Positions 29,379 to 38,654 of a stretch of DNA of 64,000 nt are shown piece by piece. The stretch lies in IMG/VR virus record IMGVR_UViG_3300049460_000128, positions 62,001 to 126,000 of that record, one strand, 5' to 3'. A program made the translations under genes and the position numbers. Under the pieces are notes generated by a model that saw nothing but the letters and a program-made list of their open reading frames with translations, did not search any database and was not told the DNA's origin. Positions within the stretch are counted from its first letter, which is position 1, and every line of letters starts with the position of its first letter.

Positions 29379-29416
29379 CATGTATGATTGCTTCATACAT
29401 GATGGTGCCATATACT
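29379..29416 (+). promoter_or_regulatory. Sigma70-like promoter with a palindromic operator over the -35 box
   Basis: TTGCTT-17-TATACT; CATGTATGA-ttgct-TCATACATG at 29379-29401. Confidence 0.55.
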
Positions 29417-29423
29417 CGCAAGT

Positions 29424-29729
29424 ATGGAAATCATCGAAACTATTCCCGCCTTTAAAAAATATTGGTCAGACGACCATATCAGTCACCATTTCAAATATGG
29501 AGTTGTGGTCCGGTATGCACACATGACGAAAGCGATTGACGCTTTCGTGACTATCTACTGCGGATTTGACAGTACGGTATGGACCTACCGTAAGACCCAC
29601 ACGGTAGGTGATCTGAATATCGTATATGTGCATGACTTGGATTGGCAGGTCATTGCTAAACTGCATGGGATTGACTTTATTCCAATGGTCACTTCAATCT
29701 TGGTGAATCCGAGGTTCAATGATGTATGA
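29424..29729 (+). CDS. Hypothetical protein ('Y..D.DW...KL.G' family)
   Basis: IVYVHDLDWQVIAKLHGIDF. Confidence 0.7.
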   Translation: MEIIETIPAFKKYWSDDHISHHFKYGVVVRYAHMTKAIDAFVTIYCGFDSTVWTYRKTHTVGDLNIVYVHDLDWQVIAKLHGIDFIPMVTSILVNPRFNDV

Positions 29730-29994
29730 CGTGGTAGTCAAACGTTGTCTGGGGCTTGGGCTTGGTAAGTATGAGGTCGTGATTCCGCTCACTTACTTCA
29801 ATCAAATATACTCGGTATCCATGTATGCGCCGACATTCAAAGATGCGTATCATGATGCCAAAGATCATATAAGCAAGCAGCCATATTTGAAAGATGCGAA
29901 GTTCTACTATCTGGATCAGGATGCTCAACGTAGTAAATATGATCTATGGGATGATGGCATTGTGATGATGTTGATTCTCTTATTGAGTGAATAA
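29719..29994 (+). CDS. Small protein, C-terminal DD-helix family
   Basis: APTFKDAY; ends LWDDGIVMMLILLLSE. Confidence 0.65.
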   Translation: MMYDVVVKRCLGLGLGKYEVVIPLTYFNQIYSVSMYAPTFKDAYHDAKDHISKQPYLKDAKFYYLDQDAQRSKYDLWDDGIVMMLILLLSE

Positions 29995-30445
29995 GATCAT
30001 GTTTGAAGCTGCAAAACAAGAAGAGCGAGAGTTGATGAATGCTCGCATTTGGGAAGATGAAACCAAGCATCGTTTCCAATGGGCACTCATTAGTGTCTTT
30101 CCCTGCAAGGTGAATGGTGACACTGGCTGGCGTCACCATATTGAGAAGCTATTGGGACCTGAAGGTCAGGAATGGGTGCTTGGTAATTATCAAGGCTACA
30201 TCAAACGAGCAGCCGATTATGAGTTTACAACGCAGATGGAATGGTGGGATGAACCAGCCATGCGTTGTATTGTGATCTACTGCGATCACACGCTTGACTC
30301 CATCCAGGTACTTGAGCGATTGATCGATGGTGATAAAAGCAACTTCACACCATCATTATTGCTTGGATTCAAATCACCGCAATACCTTGATGGTGAGCCT
30401 TGGCAAGATCACATCATCACCAAGACCTTGTTCATGGGGTCTTGA
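29987..30445 (+). CDS. Hypothetical protein
   Basis: 152-aa ORF with IVIYCDH motif. Confidence 0.65.
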   Translation: MNKIMFEAAKQEERELMNARIWEDETKHRFQWALISVFPCKVNGDTGWRHHIEKLLGPEGQEWVLGNYQGYIKRAADYEFTTQMEWWDEPAMRCIVIYCDHTLDSIQVLERLIDGDKSNFTPSLLLGFKSPQYLDGEPWQDHIITKTLFMGS

Positions 30446-31259
30446 ACTCCGATTCGTATTCTTCAACGAATCTATGATGTCCCATCATGTTGATCATCTG
30501 GGTAGCCCAAGATTGATCTCTGTCTGGATGAGCTTGCCAATTGATCTTCACCTTAGCAAAGCCATTATTATTCCCAGTCCACAAATCATAAAATATTCCC
30601 TTGGGCGCACTCGCACCTGAGGTTGCCAATACCACTTTAGTTCGCCCGGTGGACAAACATGGTTGTATGTTTGTCCAAAATTCTTCCATCGGGCTGTGTG
30701 AAATGAAACCCATGCTATCGATATACAGAGATGATATCGTATGCCCCCGCCCGCAAGTGTTAGATGCCACCGCAAAATGGATAGATGAACCATTGTCAAA
30801 CTCAATGGCCTGTTTGTTGTTCATTAGAATCTTAGGATAGATGCCTAACAGATGGTGATGCATGAATTCAATTCGTCTACGATGCTCTTGCGTCATCGCG
30901 TAGGTACGATCAACCATGAATATTTTTCGATTAGGCTGTCGTAGGGCATCCCACAAAGCACTAGCGCTGAGCATTGATGTGGTACCAAGTTGACGTCCTG
31001 ATTGGATGATCACTCGATCGTTCTTTTGGATGATATCAAGGGCGGCGGTCTGGTAGTCGTGTACCTGGAATGGGATTGCACCCTTTATAGGATGTTGAGT
31101 GAAGCAGTTTGCCATAAAGAGTGGCAAACTTTCCAGTTGATCACTGATGAGCAGATAGGCTTCTATCTTGCTTGCACAAACTATCAGTTCGTCAATGGCT
31201 ACGGTTGGGAATAATTCTCGAGCTTTAGAGAGTGCTCGCTCTTTGATGTCAATATTCAT
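30432..31259 (-). CDS. Terminase large subunit ATPase-domain paralog with degenerate Walker motifs and no nuclease domain
   Basis: QHPIKG.IP, GRQLGTT, LYIDSMGF, EFW..IQP.L.TG, W..HPDRD..W...RF.EEYESEF all match TerL at 92-1675. Confidence 0.85.
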   Translation of the reverse strand: MNIDIKERALSKARELFPTVAIDELIVCASKIEAYLLISDQLESLPLFMANCFTQHPIKGAIPFQVHDYQTAALDIIQKNDRVIIQSGRQLGTTSMLSASALWDALRQPNRKIFMVDRTYAMTQEHRRRIEFMHHHLLGIYPKILMNNKQAIEFDNGSSIHFAVASNTCGRGHTISSLYIDSMGFISHSPMEEFWTNIQPCLSTGRTKVVLATSGASAPKGIFYDLWTGNNNGFAKVKINWQAHPDRDQSWATQMINMMGHHRFVEEYESEFKTP

Positions 31260-31395
31260 ATGTCCTCATAATGTCAGGTTGCATTACAGCCCAGGGATCG
31301 TTTACCGTCCAAGGTCACATATTTAGTTGACATCTTGCCACTTTGGTAAAGGTTGCAACATGTTAGAATGGCAAAAATAATTACGCAATTTTGCC

Positions 31396-31734
31396 ATGCA
31401 GCCAGCCGTCACATCTGAAGTCCAATTTCAAGCAATCACTCCCGAACACAGTAATCAAATGATTTGGTACGGGCGCATTGATGTGTATACCGCCAACGGG
31501 TCACGCCTGTTGAAGCAAGAATTTTCTGATCACGAATTCCAGAAGACCATTGAGTGGGCTCGTGATTGGCATACTACTGAAGATCTGGTTCCCAGTCGGG
31601 TGTTGTTGATCCCAGTGAGTATGGTTCAAACTTGGTCTGGCATTCACAAAGTGCATCATGATGCGAAGGCCGTACCAATCGATGACCTGTTCGACGATGA
31701 CTGTATTGTTATGGCAAGGCTGTCCATCATATGA
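31396..31734 (+). CDS. Small protein, C-terminal DD-helix family
   Basis: Ends LFDDDCIVMARLSII. Confidence 0.7.
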   Translation: MQPAVTSEVQFQAITPEHSNQMIWYGRIDVYTANGSRLLKQEFSDHEFQKTIEWARDWHTTEDLVPSRVLLIPVSMVQTWSGIHKVHHDAKAVPIDDLFDDDCIVMARLSII

Positions 31735-32039
31735 GCAAAGTCAAAAGCGCCATCATTGAATATACGGCGGCGAGATCAGTATATCAATCGTATTGGTCAG
31801 TGAACATCTATCCAAGCATGGATGGAATTGCTATGCCATTTGTTAGGACATTGGATCAGGTCATCACATACTTGCGTAAACTGGCACCAACATATGACAT
31901 ACACTACGAGTCAATTAAACTGGTGACACACGGTGTGACGAGTAATGGTGAGCATGATCCAAATCCCATCCTCATCAATGAAATCAACAACATATGGGAC
32001 GACGACGAACTGACTGTATTGAGATTGCGAGTGGCATGA
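31731..32039 (+). CDS. Small protein, C-terminal DD-helix family
   Basis: RTLDQVITYL; ends IWDDDELTVLRLRVA. Confidence 0.7.
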   Translation: MSKVKSAIIEYTAARSVYQSYWSVNIYPSMDGIAMPFVRTLDQVITYLRKLAPTYDIHYESIKLVTHGVTSNGEHDPNPILINEINNIWDDDELTVLRLRVA

Positions 32040-32362
32040 TGTATGACATTCTCGTCAGCTACATGCATCATCTGTCGCATCCGTGGTTCGGCATCATGGT
32101 GCCATGTGGTATGGCTATTGATACCAACATCGACGACTTCATACGCGCCGTTACCTTTGCTGACATAATTGAACGGACCAGAGTAGCGATACGGGCTGAT
32201 TCACGATCATGCAACAAAATCATTTTTACCAAAGGTCCCGTATATGTTGAAAATTTTCCTGACTTTCATACAGCCGAGCGACGCATCTATCCATCAATGC
32301 TGGTAGTTGATGACATATGGGATGATGCTGCCTTGGCTATCGTACGATTGAGTATATCATGA
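32036..32362 (+). CDS. Small protein, C-terminal DD-helix family
   Basis: Start MMYDILV; VTFADIIE; ends IWDDAALAIVRLSIS. Confidence 0.7.
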   Translation: MMYDILVSYMHHLSHPWFGIMVPCGMAIDTNIDDFIRAVTFADIIERTRVAIRADSRSCNKIIFTKGPVYVENFPDFHTAERRIYPSMLVVDDIWDDAALAIVRLSIS

Positions 32363-32712
32363 TTCCATATGGCCACTACCTGCTTGACTTGGTAATTTCG
32401 TATCGCCCCCATAATCAAAAAATGGGTCCATGGTTTGCTAGATGGTACGTGGCAAATCAGATCATCGATGATGCATATATCTACACACACGCGCCAACAT
32501 TTCATGACATAGTCGAGGAGATGAAAAAGTGGTTAACACGCGATCAATTACCACTTAATCGCATCTTTGTCATGCGTGGCATGTTAAATGAAGATCGGCA
32601 TGTTGACTTCATGAGTGCTGCCAGAAAGCTGCAAGATGGTATAGTGGAGATTGACTCATTGGAAGATGACGATCAATTGGTTTTGGCCAGACTTTCAATT
32701 GCGGAGAATTGA
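32359..32712 (+). CDS. Small protein, C-terminal DD-helix family
   Basis: APTFHDIVEEM; ends LEDDDQLVLARLSIAEN. Confidence 0.7.
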   Translation: MIPYGHYLLDLVISYRPHNQKMGPWFARWYVANQIIDDAYIYTHAPTFHDIVEEMKKWLTRDQLPLNRIFVMRGMLNEDRHVDFMSAARKLQDGIVEIDSLEDDDQLVLARLSIAEN

Positions 32713-33036
32713 TTGAACAAAGAAGTGATAATTGTGTCTAGCCATGACGGGAATCGAACCTGGTCCGGCTTTGTGATCAATGCAGGCGATAATTCACCCA
32801 ACGAACACATGAGTGTTTACACGGCGTCGTTTCACACTGTATTGTCTGGTGTTAGACAATTGGTGGAAGAAAACAACTACAAGGTGTCTCGTGTGATCTT
32901 AAAGGTGGGCCCCCTCAGATCGGACAAATACCCCAAGTTCTTCCAAGATCCAAGAGTCATATACCCCGACATGTCCTTGATTGAAGACTTGTTCGATGAC
33001 AATGAGTTTGCGGTTGCTCTTCTTAGCTGTCAGTAG
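32713..33036 (+). CDS. Small protein, C-terminal DD-helix family
   Basis: ASFHTVLSGV; ends LFDDNEFAVALLSCQ. Confidence 0.7.
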   Translation: MNKEVIIVSSHDGNRTWSGFVINAGDNSPNEHMSVYTASFHTVLSGVRQLVEENNYKVSRVILKVGPLRSDKYPKFFQDPRVIYPDMSLIEDLFDDNEFAVALLSCQ

Positions 33037-33136
33037 GCGGATCAGTGGGCTTAACCTTGGCCACCCGTTCATGACTGTGCTGTTGACCCAGTGCCAGTTT
33101 GATCGTCGATAAATATGGCACCATTATGGGTACGTT

Positions 33137-33760
33137 ATGACAATATCAGATTTAATCGTTAATTTTGGAGATGTGATTCAATTACGGGATCAAGGCTTTG
33201 ATATACCCAAAATGCAACGTGTGTTGGATGCAAGTGCTGAATGGAAGCAATATAATCCACGTAAGCCAATCAATCGATTTGGTCTATCTATCACATCTGC
33301 TGATGGCGGCTATTCAGGGGTCCCTGACCTAGACTCGTTGCGCGAGTACAATACGCTCAACGATACCGCATTCAACGAGCGCAGCTTCCGAACCAGAACT
33401 TCAATTTGTGATGAACTTGAGTTGCATCCTTTTTTGGATTTGTGGAAGCTGTGGTTAGGTCGATCACACTTTTTGCGGATGGATGCCGGTGGTTTCTTTC
33501 CACCACATCGTGACAATGGATTGACATTTCCACCGAACACTATTCGAATTCTGGTGCCAATTCGTTGGCAGAAGAATCATGCTGTTTGGATACAAGATGG
33601 TAAAATACTGCATCTGGAAGAAGGTCAGGCGTATTTCATCAACACCATGAAAGAACATTCGATCTTCTCGTATCAGGATAACTCCATATTGATGGTGCTG
33701 AATGTGGCAGTAAGTTCTGAGACGATATTGCAGGTAGCACAGAATGCAAAAGTTCTTTGA
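33137..33760 (+). CDS. 2OG-Fe(II) oxygenase (aspartyl/asparaginyl beta-hydroxylase-like)
   Basis: FFPPHRD (HxD), RILVPI, YFINTMKEHS (distal His); TAAATA upstream. Confidence 0.8.
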   Translation: MTISDLIVNFGDVIQLRDQGFDIPKMQRVLDASAEWKQYNPRKPINRFGLSITSADGGYSGVPDLDSLREYNTLNDTAFNERSFRTRTSICDELELHPFLDLWKLWLGRSHFLRMDAGGFFPPHRDNGLTFPPNTIRILVPIRWQKNHAVWIQDGKILHLEEGQAYFINTMKEHSIFSYQDNSILMVLNVAVSSETILQVAQNAKVL

Positions 33761-34649
33761 TGACGATTGGCTGACGTTCCAGGTTGACTATGATGGACTC
33801 ACGGTAGGTCAGTCCGCATTGATATGGAAAATTGCTGACGACATCGGAATGTCAGCAGACGTCGGAATCAGTCGTATGGTCGACGGAATTAAAAAAATGC
33901 AGCTGGGCATCAACCCAGTCGTATCGTTGAGTGGTGGGGTGGATAGTCAAGCGGTATGCTTGCTGCTCCGTGCAGCCAATATCGATTTCAAGATAGCTAT
34001 CATGCAATATGAAAATGATCTCAACGATATGGATGTCTCGAGTGCGGTCAGCTTCTGTGAAACAAAAGGGTTCAACTACGAGATAATCAAATTCAATGTT
34101 ATCCCATTCCTCACCCAGGAACTTTCAGTATATGTTGCACTGTATGAATGTCCTTCACCACAGTTTGCAGTTCACTTCAAGTTTTATGAAATGTTGATGA
34201 CACGTGGTGCGTCATCTATCCTTGCAGGTGGTAGTGCTCCATATTGGCTCAAAGATCGTTTGGTGTATCCCATCACCATATCACAAAACGCATGGACGGT
34301 ATTTGCCCGCAAAAACGATTTCAATCTATATGGAAACGTGCTGGGTTGGAGCCCGGATATTGCTATACCACTTATTAAGAACTCACCAAACGTCAATGGA
34401 TATGGTGAGACTCTGACTGGTAGATACGCATCTAAGATCGCCGGTATGCTTGCGGTTGGGCTTGATGTTATCGCACAGCCCAACAAATATACAGGGTTTG
34501 AAAAGATCAAACAACTATTTGCCCAGCACACGGGTGATCCACTATTCTTTGACAAATCGTTCCGCTATCGGTTTTTCAGAACACATCCTGATTTAGCTGG
34601 CGTATTGCTGCCCAACCTACCGTTCGAGACCGCAATCAAAACTCTATGA
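33744..34649 (+). CDS. PP-loop ATP pyrophosphatase, paralog B
   Basis: VSLSGGVDSQA; YECPSPQ and KYTGFEKIK shared with 21081-21965. Confidence 0.75.
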   Translation: MQKFFDDDWLTFQVDYDGLTVGQSALIWKIADDIGMSADVGISRMVDGIKKMQLGINPVVSLSGGVDSQAVCLLLRAANIDFKIAIMQYENDLNDMDVSSAVSFCETKGFNYEIIKFNVIPFLTQELSVYVALYECPSPQFAVHFKFYEMLMTRGASSILAGGSAPYWLKDRLVYPITISQNAWTVFARKNDFNLYGNVLGWSPDIAIPLIKNSPNVNGYGETLTGRYASKIAGMLAVGLDVIAQPNKYTGFEKIKQLFAQHTGDPLFFDKSFRYRFFRTHPDLAGVLLPNLPFETAIKTL

Positions 34650-35313
34650 TTTCAAAATTAGGTAAAGATGCGTCGTTCGATATCAAGATGTCTTCGCCTA
34701 AATTATGTTGACTAGTATATGACACAGTTAAGATGAGATCATTTTCATCTGGTACAGATCTGATCAGGATTTTCTTTTTGGTGGTATCCCATGCTACCGT
34801 CTCTTGATTGTGCATCGTCATATAATCGTCTACTTGAAAAGCGACAGGCCAGAATTCTGAAACGTGTTCACCATTCATATACTTGCTGATTCGTTCTTTG
34901 ATCAGGAAACGTCCAGGTACAGTTAGTGATAATTTATCCTGGTTATCAAGTATGATAGGCCAACCCAACACATGCTTGAATTCAACTGCATCATCCACCA
35001 CATCATCGGCGAAAAATACATTGGTCTTTTTTGCATTGGCTTTTAAACGAATCAACACACCAGACAGCCACATATCGTAATTGGCCAAGCATGAGTATTC
35101 CAAGAGACCAGGTGCGTATATGACTTTCTTACCAGTAGCTGTTGCCACTTCTTCTGCAAAAAAGAGGCTTCGTTTATCGTGACGACTTATATTACCAGAT
35201 ACCAATATGTAATCTGGCTTTTCCGTGCTACTAAGTGAAACTACTTCGGAGATTTGTTTGTCTGCAAATTCAATCAACTTGAGTTGTAGGTTTCTGATCA
35301 CCAGTAGTTTCAT
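34636..35313 (-). CDS. Degenerate calcineurin-like metallophosphoesterase-fold protein
   Basis: PDYILVSGNIS and IYAPGLLEY resemble the GD and GNHE motifs, with ligands substituted. Confidence 0.5.
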   Translation of the reverse strand: MKLLVIRNLQLKLIEFADKQISEVVSLSSTEKPDYILVSGNISRHDKRSLFFAEEVATATGKKVIYAPGLLEYSCLANYDMWLSGVLIRLKANAKKTNVFFADDVVDDAVEFKHVLGWPIILDNQDKLSLTVPGRFLIKERISKYMNGEHVSEFWPVAFQVDDYMTMHNQETVAWDTTKKKILIRSVPDENDLILTVSYTSQHNLGEDILISNDASLPNFEIIEF

Positions 35314-35371
35314 ATGGATGGTTTCTTAGTTTATAAATAAAGTATTATTTATTTTAACCACCGAGAACACT

Positions 35372-36706
35372 ATGGCCTATAACACCAATAATTTCATAAA
35401 ATCCACCACATTTATGGACTTAACTAGTTCGGCACTGTGGGCTCAGAATCGTATTGTGAATCGATATCGCCCATTGATTGCAAATCCTTTGATGGCAAAG
35501 CTGTCCAGCGATACTCCGGTAGAAGTCATTGTAATGGACTCTGGAATTCAACGCAATCATGTTGAATTCGCGCAAGCAACAATTGAAGACCTGTATTTTG
35601 TGCCAAACCTCCTGAACATCAGCGATGAGACTGGACACGGTACTGCAATGGCGTCTTTGATTGCTGGTGTAACTGTTGGGGTTGATCCAACTGCAACCTT
35701 GAAAATTGTCAAAATCTTTGGGGCAAGCTACGATACTTCCGAGGCTGAAATATTAGATGCCTTTGATGCAATCATTGCCTATCATGCATCAACACCAAAC
35801 GTCACGAAGATTTTGAACATGAGCTGGGCAATTCCTGCCAACGATTCAGTTAAAATCAAACTCAAGATGCTATCAGACGCTGGCGTGATATTGGTGGCTG
35901 CTGCGGGCAACTATCCTCAGTGCATTGATGACACTCTGCCGGCAGGTTTCGCCGGAGCAGTCACGGTTGCTGGATCGAAGCAATCTGACGAAGAATACAC
36001 GCAAGTATATGGTGTCAACAAGAAGATTGACATCTATGCACCAGCCGAACAGGTTTGTGTGGCGGCATTTGAAGACAACGTTGGTTATGCGACCACTGAC
36101 GGGTCATCTAGTTCGGCGGCTTTGGCTTCTGGTGTATTGAGCCTCACGCGCAAAACATTTGCCCATACCGTATCTAGTGATGATGTGAAACTGGCCACGA
36201 TGCAAAACGGTACAATTGGTGCCTTATTGGTGAATGACCGTGTGAGCTTTACTGAAAACCGTTTGTTGTATCGTCCTGATGTGAACTCTGTGCCTAGCGA
36301 TCAAGACTATTATGCAGGTAACATCACAATTGGTTCAGGTGCGGTGATCAACGTATCGTTGAATACGTTTATGCCAATCGAACAGTTTGAAAACATCTTT
36401 GACAAGTTGACGTTTGCTCTTGAGGTTGATTCTGAGTTTAGTTCATCAATTAGTGTTGGCCCACAGGGCGCCCTGACTATCGTTGACCCAGTATCGTACG
36501 TTCTTCCGCAAGACAGTGTGGTGAAAAAGGTGTCGTTCTATGTAACAGCCTCGACCACGACTATCACTATGACATCGCCAAAGATTCACTACTTCTTGTC
36601 ATCAATTGATAGTACAGATCAGGATATTGCAGCCCTTACCGATCAATTGAATTCACAAACATATTTGATCCCATTGACATTGAGTCAACTTAATAACTTC
36701 AAATAA
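35372..36706 (+). CDS. Subtilisin-like S8 serine protease, paralog 2 (no Cys tail)
   Basis: MDSG / GHGT / AAAGN / DGSSSSAA; TATAAATA upstream at ~35332. Confidence 0.85.
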   Translation: MAYNTNNFIKSTTFMDLTSSALWAQNRIVNRYRPLIANPLMAKLSSDTPVEVIVMDSGIQRNHVEFAQATIEDLYFVPNLLNISDETGHGTAMASLIAGVTVGVDPTATLKIVKIFGASYDTSEAEILDAFDAIIAYHASTPNVTKILNMSWAIPANDSVKIKLKMLSDAGVILVAAAGNYPQCIDDTLPAGFAGAVTVAGSKQSDEEYTQVYGVNKKIDIYAPAEQVCVAAFEDNVGYATTDGSSSSAALASGVLSLTRKTFAHTVSSDDVKLATMQNGTIGALLVNDRVSFTENRLLYRPDVNSVPSDQDYYAGNITIGSGAVINVSLNTFMPIEQFENIFDKLTFALEVDSEFSSSISVGPQGALTIVDPVSYVLPQDSVVKKVSFYVTASTTTITMTSPKIHYFLSSIDSTDQDIAALTDQLNSQTYLIPLTLSQLNNFK

Positions 36707-36709
36707 GTT

Positions 36710-37471
36710 ATGATTGAACCAACCAAAGTTGCGACCGTCAAATGCTCATTTCTCCTTAACGAAGTTGACGTATTTGAAATCAAAAACTTCTTAACTGACG
36801 CCGAGTTTGCCCGTATTCGAGAGTTCATCGAAGCGTATATTGGGCATACGGGTGTAAGTCAAAATGGTGACCGTCGAACCATCGTTGATGACGATGGGCG
36901 ACGTGTTTTCACTCTTGAATATTATGGTAACCGTCCGTTTCGTCTAGTGTGGAATTTGGGCCATACTCCAAAATACTGGCAGCAAAATCCATCAACCATC
37001 AATGAGTTTTTCAACAAGGCACTACGGGATAATGTTCATCCTTTGGTATATCGTTATTTGATGAAATGCAAGAATGAAATTGCTTTGTTCCAAGGTGATT
37101 GGCTACCCATCAGATGTGTCATCAATGTGTTGGGAAATGGGCTGTGCCTTGATATACACGGTGATGGTAATTTTCACGAAGTTGACTTGGAAAAACCCGC
37201 ACAGGTTGTGAGCACAACTCTGTATATGCGATTGCCCGCTGCTGGTGGTAAATTGTTTTTCTCTGATGGGTTCATGATGACCCCTGAAGAAAATAGCTTA
37301 GTCATGTTTGACGGTCAAGCGGTGTTACATGGGGTATCTGAAACACGAGATCCCGATCCAAATTTCATCCGCGTCGCCATGACAACCAGATGGTGCCGTA
37401 TTCAAGACCTGCTATTCCCAACAGTGACACCAATGCTGTATCCCCCAACTGATTTTGACGCGGGGATGTGA
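36710..37471 (+). CDS. 2OG-Fe(II) oxygenase (prolyl-hydroxylase-like)
   Basis: DIHGD (HxD), GGKLFF, LVMFDG...HGV, R. Confidence 0.8.
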   Translation: MIEPTKVATVKCSFLLNEVDVFEIKNFLTDAEFARIREFIEAYIGHTGVSQNGDRRTIVDDDGRRVFTLEYYGNRPFRLVWNLGHTPKYWQQNPSTINEFFNKALRDNVHPLVYRYLMKCKNEIALFQGDWLPIRCVINVLGNGLCLDIHGDGNFHEVDLEKPAQVVSTTLYMRLPAAGGKLFFSDGFMMTPEENSLVMFDGQAVLHGVSETRDPDPNFIRVAMTTRWCRIQDLLFPTVTPMLYPPTDFDAGM

Positions 37472-38067
37472 TGCACAATCCGCTAAACATAAATCAAGCT
37501 TTCTTATTTGATCTGTTGAGTCCAGATGGTGAGTCAGTCATCGTGGAAGATATTCCACAGGAGGTGGCTGAATGCTTTATAGCCGAAACGTTAAAGTATG
37601 CTGAAGATGAACCACCACAAGACTCAACATGGCCACGAACTAGGAAGCAATCGAAAGTTCAGATTGTACAGAATACCGATTACCTGAAGGTCGCTGCCCA
37701 CATAGCACAACATGCAATTTTGAACAACTGGAAAATCAATGGCGAGATGTCAGTGTCTGACTTTGGTTTCTTTTGCTATAAGGCCAATTCGCACTTTCCC
37801 GCGCATTGTGATAATGCCAATATTCTCGATGATGGTACCGTTGAGTTCTTTTCTGAACATCGCAAAATAACGTGTATAACCTATTTGAACGATTATGCGA
37901 TTGATTACGAGGGTGGCGAGCTTTGCTTCCCCGAGCTTGATTTGGAGTTCAAACCAAGAAAATACAGTATGATCATTTTCCCGTCTAATGTATATTTTAG
38001 GCATGCGGTAAACCTCATAACCAAAGGCGAACGAACCATATTCGCTTTTTTCCTGGATGTAAAATAA
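37468..38067 (+). CDS. 2OG-Fe(II) oxygenase (P4H/PKHD-like)
   Basis: FPAHCD, YLND...DYEGGEL.F, IIFPSN..FRHAV..ITKGER. Confidence 0.9.
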   Translation: MMHNPLNINQAFLFDLLSPDGESVIVEDIPQEVAECFIAETLKYAEDEPPQDSTWPRTRKQSKVQIVQNTDYLKVAAHIAQHAILNNWKINGEMSVSDFGFFCYKANSHFPAHCDNANILDDGTVEFFSEHRKITCITYLNDYAIDYEGGELCFPELDLEFKPRKYSMIIFPSNVYFRHAVNLITKGERTIFAFFLDVK

Positions 38068-38654
38068 TGACTTTTGATAACCTACTTGCTGACTCTGGTC
38101 CGAGGATTGGCGTTTTCGTATCAGGTGGCCTTGATAGTGCTTTTCTCCTTTACCTGTTGATGCGTGAAAATCAAACGCTTGGTAAAAAGATAGTGGTCTT
38201 CACCGTTCCCAAAGCAGACGGCAGTGTTCATTATGCCTCCAAGGTAGTATCGCATATTGCCAACATGTTGAATGTGGAACCTCCACAAATGCTATTGGCG
38301 GGCGATCCCAACTTATCCCACGACATCATCGTATTCAGTGCATGGTGGTCAGTGTCGATGCGAAACCTGGTTGATACTATTTTCTTAGCTGACAACATTA
38401 CTCCCGATCTGGAGCTTTCTGGTCTTGCCCCAGTTCGTTCACGAGTCACTCATCTTATGGTGAGACAGCCACTATTCGATTACACGAAGGACATTTTGGT
38501 GAATAGCATTTTTCAGTATGGAGTCGAGTCATTGATTGACGTTACGCATACTTGCACGGAGCGCGCCCGTGGCCGCTGCAAAATGTGTTGGCAATGTAAT
38601 GAACGCGCATGGGCATTCACACATGCGAACCGTGTTGACACTGGCGATGAGTAA
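38067..38654 (+). CDS. QueC-like PP-loop protein (7-cyano-7-deazaguanine synthase family)
   Basis: VSGGLDSA PP-loop; C-terminal THTC-x7-CKMCWQC-ER Zn motif. Confidence 0.75.
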   Translation: MTFDNLLADSGPRIGVFVSGGLDSAFLLYLLMRENQTLGKKIVVFTVPKADGSVHYASKVVSHIANMLNVEPPQMLLAGDPNLSHDIIVFSAWWSVSMRNLVDTIFLADNITPDLELSGLAPVRSRVTHLMVRQPLFDYTKDILVNSIFQYGVESLIDVTHTCTERARGRCKMCWQCNERAWAFTHANRVDTGDE

